64,000 nt of DNA from Octopus sinensis. Taxonomy: Eukaryota. Location of the stretch: assembly GCF_006345805.1 (NCBI RefSeq), contig NC_042999.1, positions 146,878,001 to 146,942,000 on the forward strand. The letters are read 5' to 3'. The translations under genes and the position numbers were made by a program. Below, in pieces: positions 1-14,086 of this stretch. Below the pieces are notes generated by a model. It was not told the DNA's origin. It ran no database searches and saw nothing but the letters and a program-made list of their open reading frames with translations. The stretch's first letter is position 1, and each line of letters opens with the position of its first letter.

Positions 1-719
1 CCTGTCTATACACATAAAATTAAAACAAGACACAAAGATAGGAGACCTTGTATATTCAAGCCTCGACGGAATTTGCTTCTGTAAGACGAATGTCATTATT
101 TTGGTGTGGTGAAAAGACACCTGTCTCTATAAAATGCCAAATATCATAATTCTGCATTGTATTTAAGAGAGGAGACTCATGTAATACCTGTAATCAGTCT
201 CACATATCTTCATTTACACACACACACACTTATATATGTATATACACACACGTATTAAAAGTCAGGGTATATGTACCTGCTTGCTTGAACAGGTGCGCAC
301 GGGAAGGTAAATATAGTTTTAAAAATAGTTTACGTTGTAAGCCTAGATGATGAGCTTTAAGCGTCGATTCAACACAGAAACCGAAATCAATTGATACTGG
401 GACATCTACGTCCTATTTTTAGTTTTATAAATTGGGGTGACCGTTTTTCTAAATGTATTTGCTACATTCTCCGCGCGTGTTTGAATATGGTGAACGATGC
501 ATGGTTTTGTAGAGTTTTAACTCTTCTTTCAAACGAACAGGTACATATTGTACGCCGACTTTTAATATATATTTTGTATATTGAGATTATAGTTGCTGGC
601 TACTTTATCATTATTGTTTTAGAAACACTGATAACTTATTTGAAATTTATATATATATGGTGGAAAGGAACACACGAGTTGATATATATGAAAAAACAAG
701 TCAAAAATAGAAAATGCTA

Positions 720-762
<43 letters not shown>

Positions 763-903
763 TATATATATATATAATATATATATATATGTATATGTAT
801 AAAGTTAATTCAAATATGAAACACAAAGAGAAAACGCAACAACACGAGGACGTTGAACAAGTATAGTATTATTGAACGCTCAGGAAAGAAGGAAACAAGG
901 AGG

Positions 904-938
904 ATTTAACGTTTCGAGCGGAGCTCTTCGTCAGAAAC
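904..938 (-). ncRNA. Minimal hammerhead-like motif in a short interspersed repeat (about 800-1015)
   Basis: The minus strand reads gTTT CTGACGA A GAGC-TCC-GCTC GAAA CG T T AAAt. Both core boxes are intact, stem II is 4 bp, helix III is palindromic (AACGTT) and stem I is short (TTT/AAA). Confidence 0.55.
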
Positions 939-1070
939 ATGGGAAAATGAAAGATCCAAAGAAGGGAAGATGGAGGAAAAAAATCGCCAACGGTACCAAC
1001 GGTACACACGCGGTCATATATATATAGATATACACAGGCATACATATACACACAGGCATACATACATACA

Positions 1071-1301
1071 TATTTCTTTATTACCCACAAGGGGCTGAAC
1101 ATAGAGGGGACAAACATGGACAGACATAGGTATTAAGTCGATTATATCGACCCCAGTGCTTAACTGGTACTTAATTTATCGACCCCGAAAGGATGAAAGG
1201 CAAAGTCGACCTCGGCGGAATTTGAACTCACAACGTAACGACAGACGAAATACCGCTAAGCATTTCGCCCGACGTGCTAACGATTCTGCTAGCTCGCCGC
1301 C
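1071..1301 (-). mobile_element. tRNA-headed SINE, family A (full length)
   Basis: Reverse complement of the ggcggcgagctggcagaaacgttagc...gagttcaaattccgccgaggtcgactttgcc...gggtagtaaagaaata consensus seen at 7586 and 30144. It has A-box-like and B-box-like (GTTCAAATTCC) motifs. Confidence 0.9.
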
Positions 1302-1361
1302 ATACATACATACATTCCAGAGTACATGTGTTTGTGTGTATGTGTGTGTGTGTGTGTGTGT

Positions 1362-1423
<62 letters not shown>

Positions 1424-1645
1424 CCAATCTGACATATTACGAACAAGAACACGGAATTCTGTCATTACTATATGGACGTCATTCTTGTCATTACTACGAA
1501 CAACATATTGTCGAGAGAGTTTTTTCATGTCATTATTCACAATTCTTTCTTTCTTTCCTACTTTCTTTTTGTCTGTCTGTCTGTCTCGGCCTGTTTGTCT
1601 GTCTCGGTTTGTTTGTCTGTCTGTCTCGGTCTGTCTGTCTGGCTG

Positions 1646-1693
<48 letters not shown>

Positions 1694-2580
1694 TTCTGTA
1701 TCCGTAACAGCAGTTAAATGGAGGTTAGTAGCAGCTTGCCGTGCTAGCTACTGACTTTTAATGTTTTTCGTCCTCTTATTGTTCATTGCCTTTGTGTTAT
1801 CAGCTACCTATTTCTTTACTTGTGTTATCAGCTACCTTCCGACGTCTTCTACAATGTCAGTCAATGTTCTCTGTCAAATGGTGAAAGTGTGCTGAATTTA
1901 AAGTGCTGGATAGGGTCAGAGAGAACAGCACAATAAGATGAGAATGCTGCTGGAGCCAACCCTAGGTGATGCAATGATTGGTTAGAATATTTTATTACAT
2001 GGGTAATATTCTAAGGAATCGCTTCATCGCATGTAGGGACCTGAATGCTATAAACCAATTAATTCGTTTTTCCAGCTTGAGTAGAATGCGTTGCCTAATG
2101 AAACTAATTGAATCACACACATAAACGATAAAGAAGATCGTGTCATTTTTCCTTGTGTTGTTGTTGCTTTCCTTCAAGTTGACTCTGATGAATTAAGCCT
2201 ACGATCAAAACAGTAATGTCATCCCTGCGTCGCTTTCTTTACTTTTGGAACATAAGTATATTCCCAACTCCTTTATACCATGTATCCATTTTAAAGACGT
2301 GTAGATATGGTTTGTAGAATCGTGGCTAATAATTGTAACCATTCCGAGTTATCATGTTCAAGAGGTGACTTATATTTGTTGCAAATATATGAACAAAGGT
2401 CGATAGAATTGTTCGCTGATACGTTCACCCTCATCAGATAACAATTTAGTGCACCTAATTACATTTCAAATGTGTTTATCAGCCATCTTGTTTCAGATAT
2501 TTAAAATTCGTATATTTTCAATGTTTTCAATCGCCTATAATACATCATATAATAATAATAATAACAATAAAAATAACAAC

Positions 2581-2643
<63 letters not shown>

Positions 2644-2644
<1 letters not shown>

Positions 2645-3188
2645 CAGTACTAGGCAGTGGCTTTCATGGCTTCTGTTCTTAACTGATTGGAAGTGTTAAC
2701 ATGTACATTGTTTTTTCTTGGTATAAAAGATGGGCTACAGCAAATATTCTACTCAATACCACAGATTTGCTTGTCAGTTGTTTGACCTTAACCAGTTGAC
2801 CATGTCCCTTAGTGGCTGATGTTATGTGCATCTCTGATCACGAGTAGAAGTAGTGGGGGAGATCATAGCCATGTGTTGAGAGGGATTCTTTGGAGTTTGA
2901 ATAATTCACCTCGGGAAACATGGGTGTTTCGTTCAACATCCTTAAACAACCCTTATTCAGGGACCTTTTGAGCGGAATGGGCTACTCGACCAGAAGAAAA
3001 TTCTAATTGGGCCCAACCTGCAAGGTCTTGCGCTGTTTATCTTGATATGAGATCACCATGTCCTGCACATATGGTTGTGATGCATGTGCCTGGTGTACCC
3101 TTATCAGACGGGTAGTCATAATGGGAATATTGGGCTTCGTATATTTTACCCCAATGTCACTTTGATGGCATGCACTACTCTCTCACTC
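2644..3188. mobile_element. 545-bp interspersed repeat bounded by (AAT)n on both sides
   Basis: A second copy at 51761-52083 is colinear with about 2693-3012 at high identity. The left flank is (AAT)n at about 2550-2643 and the right flank is (AAT)n from 3189. No coding motif was recognised. Confidence 0.8.
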
Positions 3189-3412
<224 letters not shown>

Positions 3413-3413
<1 letters not shown>

Positions 3414-3700
3414 AAGGCAGAATCGTTAGTATCCCGGGCGAAATTCTTAGCAGTATTTCACCTGTCTTCACGTCCTGGGTTCAAATTCCGCCAAGATTGA
3501 CTGTGCCTTTCATCCTTTCTGATATATACTAGCGTGACTTCCGGCTTTACGTCTTCAGTTCAGATTTCATCCAGATCGATTTTTCTTTTTATACTTTCCG
3601 TGTCTATAAATTAAATACCAGTTAAGCATCGGGGTCGATGTAAATGACTAACCACCTCCGCCTACCCAATTTCAGGCCTTGTGTCTATAGCAGACAGAGA
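3413..3700 (+). mobile_element. SINE family A, diverged, with an internal insertion at about 3520-3600
   Basis: aaggcagaatcgttag...gggttcaaattccgccaagattgactgtgcctttcatccttt, then unrelated sequence, then taaattaaataccagtt...ggggtcgatgta. Confidence 0.75.
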
Positions 3701-4269
3701 GAAATAATGCTAATCCTCACAGGATATGCTGTTCTTGTTAGTTCTGTAATGATGCAAGGCTTAAAATTAGTAACACTAACTTGACTCTTTAGAATAGAAC
3801 ATGGTATTACGATGTCGTTGCACCTTTTCACCTTTCTTCCCTTTCCGATCCCTTCTTAAACTTCTTTTCAGTAGAATTCTATTACGAAAGTAATAGACAT
3901 CTCAAACTTCCTTACACTCCTTATGCACTTGAAATATTCTTAAAAAATCATTATTTTTTCCCTCTTCAATCGACTGATAACGTGAGGTACTAGAATGAAA
4001 ACGAGCTATAATGTAATCAATTAGTCAACGAGATGCTGATTCATCTACAGTTCCCAATTGCTACTAATTAGCTGATTAGTGCTGTGCACGATGTCCCCCA
4101 TCTCTTACTTTATCCTATGCACTTAATTCAATAAACTCTTACTCAGGCTACAGATAAACTGTTTCATCACCCACTAATATCTCTTTATTTTTAGATCCCC
4201 TTCATAGGGCTTTAGTATGTTCCGTTGTTCGTTTTATTTTTTTTTTTCTGTTTTCTTTATTGCCCACTA

Positions 4270-4772
4270 TTCATGAGTAGCGACGTGGTTAAGAAGCTTG
4301 CTTTGCAACTATGAGGCTTCATGTTCAATCCCACTGCGTGACGACGGGAGCTGGTGTTTTCTACTATACCTCCGCGCTGAGGAATTTGGGAAGGCGGAAA
4401 CTGTATTGAAGGTGGTTTCATATATGTATATGTGTACGTGTTTTTGTGTCTGTGCCTGTGCACCATTTTGCCTTGACAACCGGTGCTGGTTTGTTTATGT
4501 TACCGGAATGTAGCGATTAGGCAAAAGAGAAGAAGGAATAAGTACCAGTGCCAGACATCAAAATAAGAGCTGAGATCGATGCGTCCGACTAAATATCTCT
4601 AAGCTACATCCCTGTAACATAGTGGTTCGGCAAAGGAAACCGACAGAATAAGTACCAGGCTTAACAGAAAATTAAGTACTGGAATTGATTCATTCGATTA
4701 AAACAAATTGCTGAAGGTTGTGCCCCAGCATGGCCACAGTCAAATGACTGAAACAGGTAAAATAAAATAAGA
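4270..4772 (+). mobile_element. tRNA-headed SINE, family B (internal microsatellite), diverged, with a partly duplicated 3' half
   Basis: gtggttaagaagcttgctt...gttcaatcccactgcgtg...ttgacaaccggtgctggt...ggttcggcaaagg...gaataagtaccaggctt...ccagcatggccacagtcaaatgactgaaacagg. Confidence 0.8.
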
Positions 4773-4816
4773 TACATATGTAATACATATGTATAATATA
4801 TACATATATATATACA

Positions 4817-4861
<45 letters not shown>

Positions 4862-5348
4862 ATATATAGATATTATATAATGTGTGTGTGGTGTGTGCGT
4901 GTGTGTGTGGTGTGTGTGTGTGTGTGTGTATACATACATATTATCCACACATACAGAGAGACTGACAGACAGATAGGTTAGAAAAATAGATGGATATATA
5001 TATATATATTTATGTATAAATATATAAGTATATAAATATATAAGAATATTATTGATCACGATACACCACAAACGCACACATACACACATATAACGTTGCT
5101 ATTATGTGAAAATTTGTATGTCGTATGTCCAACTTTGACCAAAAGCGTTTTCTTTTCAATATTTATTTTTGCTTGCAATACACGGTTCTTTACGTCAAAC
5201 TATCGTATCTCAAGCTGCTTTAGATGTGAAGATATCAAAAACTGTCAAAGTCAAGTACAACGGTTTTGCTATGGAATTCTGAAACTATCTTTTCTTTTTC
5301 TGAAAACTCAACGTTTTGGACTTGCGACACTTTTGCATAATAACAACG

Positions 5349-5396
<48 letters not shown>

Positions 5397-5734
5397 GCTG
5401 AGATACACTTCGGTCATAACTGACCTTGGGATTGCACCTAGAAAGTTACCCTCCCAGGTACAACTCAGGGCAATATTGTTTATGGAAGACCAGCAGTCGT
5501 TCATGCATACCGGCCTCCCCTCTCCACGACACCAGTGTTATCCAAGGGAGAGGCAAACCCGATACAACTTGGCACCTGTGACGTCGCAACTCATTTCTAC
5601 AGGTGAGTAAACTGGAGCAACGTGAAATAAAATGTTTTTCTCAAGAACACAACACGCAGCCCGGTTCGTGATTCGAACTCACAACATCACGATCGTAGGC
5701 TCGACGCTCTAGCAACTGACCCATGCGACTTCAC
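5397..5734 (-). mobile_element. tRNA-headed SINE, family D
   Basis: ...gaagaccagcagtcg...gttatccaaggg...actggagcaacgtgaaataaa...ctcaagaacacaacacgcagcccggtt...gattcgaactcacaac...catgcgacttcac. The tRNA-like head lies at the right end. Confidence 0.82.
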
Positions 5735-5782
5735 TATATGTGTGTGTGTGGGGGGGGAGTGCGTATGCGTGTGTGTGTGTAT

Positions 5783-5827
<45 letters not shown>

Positions 5828-6790
5828 ATGTATACGTGTCAAACAAACAAAAGAAGTGAATTCAACACACATATTGGGAGTTACATGTATGTATCAAAAA
5901 ATTTTGATCCATATTTATACATACGTACATATATATATATTATATATATATGTATATTGTTTAACACTCATACACACACACACTATCTATATATCATGGC
6001 TAGCCTTACAATATAAAAGAGAAAAATAACATTAATATATCCTAATGAACACATCGACGCTGAACTTGTTATGTAAAATATGAAATATTTAAAATGAAAT
6101 GCAATGTTTACGCTCTGAAAGTTAATAGAATGGTTATTTTCTTAGTGCAAGCTGTTCTTGTACTTTTTGCTAGAAGAAAATTTATCAAAACTCTTGTACA
6201 ATTTGTAGATAATTATAAATTTTCAGAAATTAAGCAAGGAAAATATTTGTATGTAATTTATTCTTTATTTGAAAATTTCCCTATTTTGTTTTAATTTTAA
6301 CATAATAATTGTATGTGTGAAGTACAAACACGTGAGAGTATACACATACACATACACAGACAGATATATATATATATGTGTGTGTATAAATAGATTATAT
6401 AGGTATTTATATACATATGTGTATGTTTGTATATATATATATAAATATATATATGTATATATAAATATATGTTTGTATGCATGTTTGTTGTGCACATATA
6501 TGTGTGTGTATGTATATATATATATATTATATACAATATATACGTATGTATATATGTATATATATGTATGTATGCATGTATATATATATATATGTATATG
6601 TATATGATATATGGTATATGAACTGGAAATGATTGGAAGAAATTCAAACATACCATCGACATAACGTGCATCCACGTACGTGAACACATATGCATACATA
6701 TTCAGAGTCAACTAACTCATATATATATATATATGTGTGGTGTGTGTGGTTGTTTGTATTATATATAATTATATATACTATATATATATA

Positions 6791-6821
<31 letters not shown>

Positions 6822-7498
6822 TGTGTTGTGTGTTTGTATATACATATATATAATATATATATATATCTATATATATATACACACAACCACACTATATATT
6901 TATATACTTATGTTTGTGTGTGTGCTTGTGTGTAGTGTGTGTGTTTGCATGTAGCATGTCTGTGTGTATGTGTGTGTGGCAAGAAAGAGATAGATAGAGC
7001 TAGAAAGAGAGAGATAGAGAATATTATTGATCACGATAATCTTGATTATACAAATAAACATAAACATATTTAGGAACGAGGCCTTCATATCTTCCAATAG
7101 CTAAGTACTTAGCATAAGAATAAAAAGTGGCCACTAGTTATGTTTTCTTGCACTAATTGGCTCGCTGTCAAGAGCTATTAGTGAAATAAGGCATACAGAA
7201 AAAAGGACAGTAACAGTAGATGACTTCAGAAAACAAAAAACAACACATCATTTGTAAGGACATATGCTTACTTCTTTTCCGTGGTAGGAAAGAAATTCCT
7301 CTAAACATGGTCTGAATGTTTTAATTTGAGGATCGGAGAGAACATTCGCAAAAACAGTTGCGTGATATTTACTTAAGACGAAGCACTGTATTGCATATAT
7401 TTATATAATTTGTCTTCAATGCTATATACTTTAATTACCTATTCGTAAACTTTCTTTCAATCTCTCAGTCTCTCCCTCTCCCTCTTTCTTTCTCTCTC

Positions 7499-7535
<37 letters not shown>

Positions 7536-7585
7536 ACGCATGCACACATTTTCTTTCACCGACTCTTGCGGTATTACTACACATA

Positions 7586-7823
7586 TAAGGCGGCGAGCTG
7601 GCAGAAACGTTAGCACGCCGGGCGAAATGCGTAGCCGTATTTCGTCTGTCGTTACGTTCTGAGTTCAAATTCCGCCGAGGTCAACTTTATCTTTCACCCT
7701 TTCGGGGGTCGAAAAATTAAGTACCAGTTACGCACTGGGGTCGTTGTAATCGACTCAGTCCGTTTGTCTGTCCTTGTTTGTCCTCTCTGTGTTTAGCCAC
7801 TTGTGGGTAGTAAAGAAATAGGT
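7586..7823 (+). mobile_element. SINE family A (full length)
   Basis: taaggcggcgagctggcagaaacgttagcacgccgggcgaaatg...gagttcaaattccgccgagg...ttgtgggtagtaaagaaatagg. Confidence 0.92.
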
Positions 7824-8162
7824 ATTACTATACACATACATGAACTTATAACACTGTTTATTCATAAGTTTATTCATAAGCGTGTATTCAACTTTCGTGT
7901 ATGTCTGTATGTATGTATCCATCCCTCTGTATCTATCTTGATATGTATATGTTTGTATCCATGTAGATATATAACAGGCTTGGTTGTTAAGGTGTTCCGT
8001 TTATGATCAGAAGTTTGCGGTTTCGATTTCTAGACCAGGTGATGCATTGTGCTCTTGAACAAAGCACGTTGCGGTAGGCCAATCAACTGGCAAAAATAGG
8101 TAATACTGCGACGGCCCGGAATAACCTTTGATCATATATATATATATATATATATATTCTTT

Positions 8163-8334
8163 CACTTGTTTCAGTCATTTGACTGCGGCCATGAAAATCG
8201 ATCCCAGGACTTATTCTTTGTAAGCCTAGTACTTATTCTATCGGTCTCTTTTCCGGAGCCGCTAAGTTATGGGGACATAAACGCACCAGCATCAGTTGTC
8301 AAGCGATGTTGGGAGGACAAACACAGACACACAA

Positions 8335-8383
<49 letters not shown>

Positions 8384-8632
8384 CATATACATACATACAT
8401 ATATATATATATAATATATATATACGACGGGCTTCTTTTAGTTCCCGTCTACCAAATCCACTCGCAAGGATTTGGTCGGGCCGAGGTTATAGCGGAGAAC
8501 ACTTGCCCAAGTTGCCACGCAGTGCGACTGAACCCAGATCCATGTGATTGGGAAGTAAGCTTCTTAACACACAGCCACTCCTGCGCCTTCACGCAGCCAC
8601 GACTGCGCCTCTACACAGCCATGCCTGCGCCT
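8163..8632 (-). mobile_element. SINE family B, near full length, with a triplicated 5' end
   Basis: cacttgtttcagtcatttgactgcggcc...tgtcaagcgatg...(CA)n(TA)n...gacgggcttc...ctaccaaatccactc...cttgcccaag...cagccactcctgcgcct. Confidence 0.9.
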
Positions 8633-8819
8633 ATATATATGTCGATATCTCTGCTTACTCAACTTTTTCAGACGTCTGACGAAGCCAAGCAAATGGAAAC
8701 TTCAATTTCTCTGTAATTATCCATCTATAATTCACCTCGGCGTCCAGTCAGAAGCCAGTGCAATATTCGAAGCATTAAGTATAAAATGCAAATGGTAAAT
8801 AGAATCAATATTGCTTTTA

Positions 8820-9010
8820 AATTTGGGTTCAGGACCAGAAGTTTTGTTGAAGGGCTTAAGTCGATTACATCGATCCCAGTGCTTTTATCACTTGAAAGGG
8901 ATAAAAGCCTAAATCGACCTTGGCGGAATTTGATCTCAGAACGTGCAGGCGGGTGAAATACTGCTAAGTTTTTTGTCGGTGTGCTAACGATTCTGCCAGC
9001 TCAGCGCCTT
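8820..9010 (-). mobile_element. SINE family A, diverged
   Basis: aagtcgattacatcgatcccagt...gaccttggcggaatttgatctcagaacg...gctaacgattctgccagctcagcgcctta. Confidence 0.8.
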
Positions 9011-11568
9011 ATTGAATAGAATCAATATGAATGTGACAGACTATGTTAGATTATTGAAAATTGTACGATTCTGAATGCGTCTTACAGAATGTTGGAAATC
9101 GAACGACTAACTTTAAATTGCACTTTCAAGTGTTCATGTCTCTATACACGTTCTAGTGGCATTGCAATATATCAATATAATCGATGATATGCGATTCGCC
9201 CTGGTGTACACTGAAGAAATATTTACACTGTGTCTATAAAAGTAAATATAATTAATAGCTAATTAACGGACAGAGTCACAATCGATTGAAAGGTTTGCAA
9301 AAGCAACGAAAATTTTCGAAGAAAAAATATAAATAATAAATGAATGGTAATCGGACCAGTGAGTGTGTTGGGTAATAAGGCATTAAGACCATATGATTCT
9401 CCCCGGACATAATAAAATGGGAAGAATCACAAAAAAATTATTGAAGGACTTTGCTGGAAGCGTAATAATCTTATGTTTGTGAGGTTTTGTAATCCTTTCT
9501 ATTATGGAATAATAGAGGAGTATTAACATTTGTATTGGCGCCAATGATGTGAGTATTACTATAAAGTACTATAAGTCCGAAACTTGAACTTGGCCCGTAG
9601 TATGGTCACTGCGACAGGCTGTGCAAGGTGAAACACGTAAATTGGAAACGTCTCGCACATCAGATTTTCAAGTCAGGATAATGTCAATTTTGTGACCGAG
9701 CTTTGATTCTGGATGTGCTCATGTGGTTTTATGTTTAATTTTTGCCTAACAAAGTGCTACAAAAGTTCACATTTAGTTCAGAGTAAAGTTGAGGTAAGTA
9801 CATTCCATTACTATTCAATGGCACAGTGGCCAAGTGAACCCCGAATTTCAAATTGTTTACCAACACAAACATTAACTTATTGTCCTCACTGAACAATAGG
9901 TTTGTCATTTGTAGGTGTTACAAAAATGATATCTCTGAGTGACTCAAAACGATAAGATTATATCCTAGTTTGCCTGAAGAGTTGGCAGACAAAGCGACAA
10001 CATGCTACACACACACACAACACGCTCGCACAAACACATGCACATACATACACATATACAAATACATACATTCCTTTATTATGTATATGTATCGATACAC
10101 GCAAACACATATGTATATGTACATCTGTGGGTACACACAACACGCACACACGCACACTCACACACACACATGTGTATATATATATGAGTAAATGTATGTA
10201 AATATATAATATATGTATTTAGTGGTTGGATAAAACTATTGAACAGAACAGAATGAGATGTGCTAGTAAGATAATGCAGTAATGTTATGTTAGCGTGCGC
10301 TAAGATAGTATATCTAAAAGTGTATCGTAATTTGTTTTTGTCTATTCACCGAACAAACAGAACTTAAAGGAAATAGTTTTGCTTCCTTTATGTAGTATTG
10401 CATCGACAAAACCTTCCACATCAATCTAACACATTGATGGTTATTTTAAACTACTTGAACACGTCTGTATTGATCGTTATCTTACTACTTTGTAATAATC
10501 TATGATATGGTTCTCATGCAGAAGCTGATATTTGCACGATTCTCGTAACGATGTTCCTGCTCAAGGTGTTAAAACTGTTAATAGAGGTGAAGTGATAGAG
10601 AATATTGTTTTTATTCCCCCTTTTTACAGTGTTGTTTTTTCCTTGTTGTTGTTGTTGTTGTTCATGATGTTTATTTGATGTTTTAATGATGTAATAAGGT
10701 TTCTAATTAACCTTTCAGATTCAATCAAAATTTTTCATCTCACATAATTTGAACAGGACAGAATTAGGAATCATTAAATTATGGTTTCGTACGCAGATAT
10801 TAGGCCATTAAGGCGGCCAATTAGTGGAAACGTTACACCCACGAATAGATTGGTTTAAAGTAATAGGCTCTGAGTTCAAATACCACCGAAGTAATCTTTG
10901 CCATCATTGGAGTCGTCTTTCCTATTTCTCTCACTCTTTTTGCATGACTGCCTCCTTTTCTACAAGAACTCAACGGCTACGTCAGCTTATACACGTCATA
11001 TGTCAGGACGGCAAAGCATTAGCCCACTAGTGTTTGGGATAAGACATATATTCGCCTACAACTATGTGTAGTTACTTTAACTGAACTGTGTTGAATCGAA
11101 ATCAGAACGATGTAGTGAAAATATCGGTTTCATTTAACTTCGAATGTGAAGAGAAATTACGAAACACCATTAAGTGTCCCTTTTGATGCTCCGCCGATTC
11201 TCTCAAAACAACACAGATAACTGTTAAAAGGATAAATACATATAACGATGGTTTGCAAAGCTTCGAACAATATCCTTTCACTTGGACCCCCAAAATAAAA
11301 CACATGGCACTTAAGATAAGTACATACAAATTGCATACATGCAAACCATTCCTTCATATACAAGAAAATACGTACAAGAAAATGATAGTTGTCATTCACA
11401 AGCGGACTCAAATCGAACACCTGTGCTTACACAAATAAGCGTAATACACATATATATATAAGTGTATGCGTATATATATATATGCATATATATGTGTGTG
11501 TATGTATACCTACACACACAGATACGTACACACACAGATACGTACACAACACACACACACACACACAC

Positions 11569-11623
<55 letters not shown>

Positions 11624-11646
11624 ATGTGAATATGCATATATTATAT

Positions 11647-11682
<36 letters not shown>

Positions 11683-12127
11683 CTGTATGGAATGCATATG
11701 AATGTGAGTGAAAGAATGTGCGTGCGTCCCTATTTAAAGCAAGTTTCGTTTCAAGTTTTAGTGGGTACCGCAAGATTTCCTTTGAGGCACATAGGTTTTC
11801 AGACTGCCTGATCCAACATTAAGAAACTTATATCTAAGGGTGTTTTATTTTCATGGTTTCTTTATCAAATACATTTTTAAATGCGTTTCACTATTTTCCC
11901 TGCAGTACTTTTCTGAACATCAAATTATTATTAACTATATTTTTTCCACTGCTATCATATATCAAAATAAGAAAAGTACTCCAGTTATGAGCTTGAAGCA
12001 TTCCTCTCGGCTAATAAGTGAGCTACTCATGATTTAATTTGGTAAGCTATATTCTCATGAAAATGTAATGTAATCTGCGTTGTCTCCCAATATACGCACA
12101 TTGAGCTCGTTCAAATTTATAAAATCA

Positions 12128-12170
<43 letters not shown>

Positions 12171-14023
12171 TAAATATAAATATATATATAAATAGATAAA
12201 TAGATATATATAGATATATATATGCATACATATATATACATACCTATATATAATATAAATAATATAGAAATATATGCATATATACATACATATTACTTTT
12301 TTACTGTTTTTAATTTTTTATTATATTTACTGTATTGTTTTCACTGTCCTGTTCTGTTACCACTTTCAACCTCCGCAAAAAATCCCAAATGTTATTTAAT
12401 TTGCTTTGCGGGAAGGACTGTTTCAACGAAGTTGCGTCTTGTTCTTGCTTTCGAAACATGGAGTAGTTGAAACAGGGACAACTGAAGAAGAGGAATATTC
12501 TTTGTGTTGTATGTCTCTTTTCTCTGCTTTTTTTTCGCTGTTGTCTTCAAAACAAAACTGGATCTCCTCCTGTCAAAATTCCAGATGACCCAACCTCATG
12601 CCAGGAAACATAGATGAGGGCAACAGCGTCAGATTCCCTCATTCACCAAATGCCATATATGAGAGGAAGTTTTAAAAGATGGCGTGGCACAGCCAACAGT
12701 GGTGCCCCAGCATGACCGCAGCTTTAAAAGTGAGACAACGGAAAGAAAAATGAAAGAAAATATGTGTGCATGTGTATACATACATACATATTGTAGACAT
12801 AGATAGATGCATACAAATATATATCGTTGGTGGGTGTCAAATATTTACGAGAGAATGTAACGTCGCAGATAAAATGGAACAAAGTGAGATAATTAGTTTT
12901 GCAGTCAATGATAAATGAAGAAATTGCAAGTATGTTTGACATTTTGAGGTTAAACTCCTTTTCAGAAATGTTTTTAGTTGGAGGAAGAAACAATTAAGGG
13001 AGAAGGAAAAACGACGTAACAAGAGTAACGAAAAATTAGGTATCGCTCTGTGTCAAGCGATGAACGTTTGTATCACATTATGTGTATAGGAACATGCGTG
13101 TGAGTGGAGCAAATACTGAAACAAAATATTAAAACTAAAGCAAGATAAATAGTAAGTAGTCTCTTGTGGCTAGTATTTATTTAGACTAATACTTTTAACA
13201 AACATTAAAACATTTTCCTGTTATATAAGAACTGTTAATCAAATATTACAAACAAGAGAATTGCAGATCAAAGGAACTAACAACTTTCAAAGAATAAAAC
13301 TTCAAAGAAAATTAAATAGAATGAAAATATGAGTTGCATTCTGCTTAGATGATATAGAGGTTAATGGCGTTGTATCGTCTTATATGTAGTTTTTTAGGAA
13401 CTCGCACAGAAAAGATAGTTTTGTGGTTCATCGTCATTTTGTTCATAACAAATGAGAGTCTTAAGTATATGTCAAAAATTTTACCGTGTAGTATTATCTA
13501 TAATTGTACTTGCAGAGGTACCCACATTAAATACGACATTCAAATTAGAATAAAAGCAGGCCTTTCTTTCTAATCAAATACTTAGCGAACAAGACGTAAT
13601 AAGACATGTTTTAGAGCCATATAACCTTATCTTTGGTTGCTTTTACCGAATTTAACTAATATCATTAATGGTATCATTATCAATAGATTTATAAAAAAAA
13701 ATATTAGCTATTAGATCTAAGGTACTTTGAGTAACCCCTAACTGCTTTTAGCGTATTAGCAACGTGATACATCTTGACATTAATTTCTGGAGGATTAGCA
13801 ACGAAGTTTAAGTGATAGCACAATGCAAGAATAAAATGCAAGCTCAAAAATTGAAGCAAAAGCGAAATATGGGTAGAAGTGATACGCTGCCTGAAAATGG
13901 ACTCAGACTTATTTGTTACGGAATACATATATATGTTCATATGCATACACATATATATTAGTATTATTACATAGATGTATACACACACACACAGACACGC
14001 ACACACATGTATATACGTAAGTA

Positions 14024-14086
<63 letters not shown>

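Noticed and set aside
8676-8705. ctgacgaagccaagcaaatggaaac hammerhead-like string on the plus strand
   Set aside because: Stem II overlaps the GAAA box and no stem I/III or cleavage triplet can be drawn. It is at most a degenerate relic.
12360-12660. Coding-looking minus-strand stretch
   Set aside because: The open frames gave no mGluR or other recognisable motif and no convincing splice boundaries.
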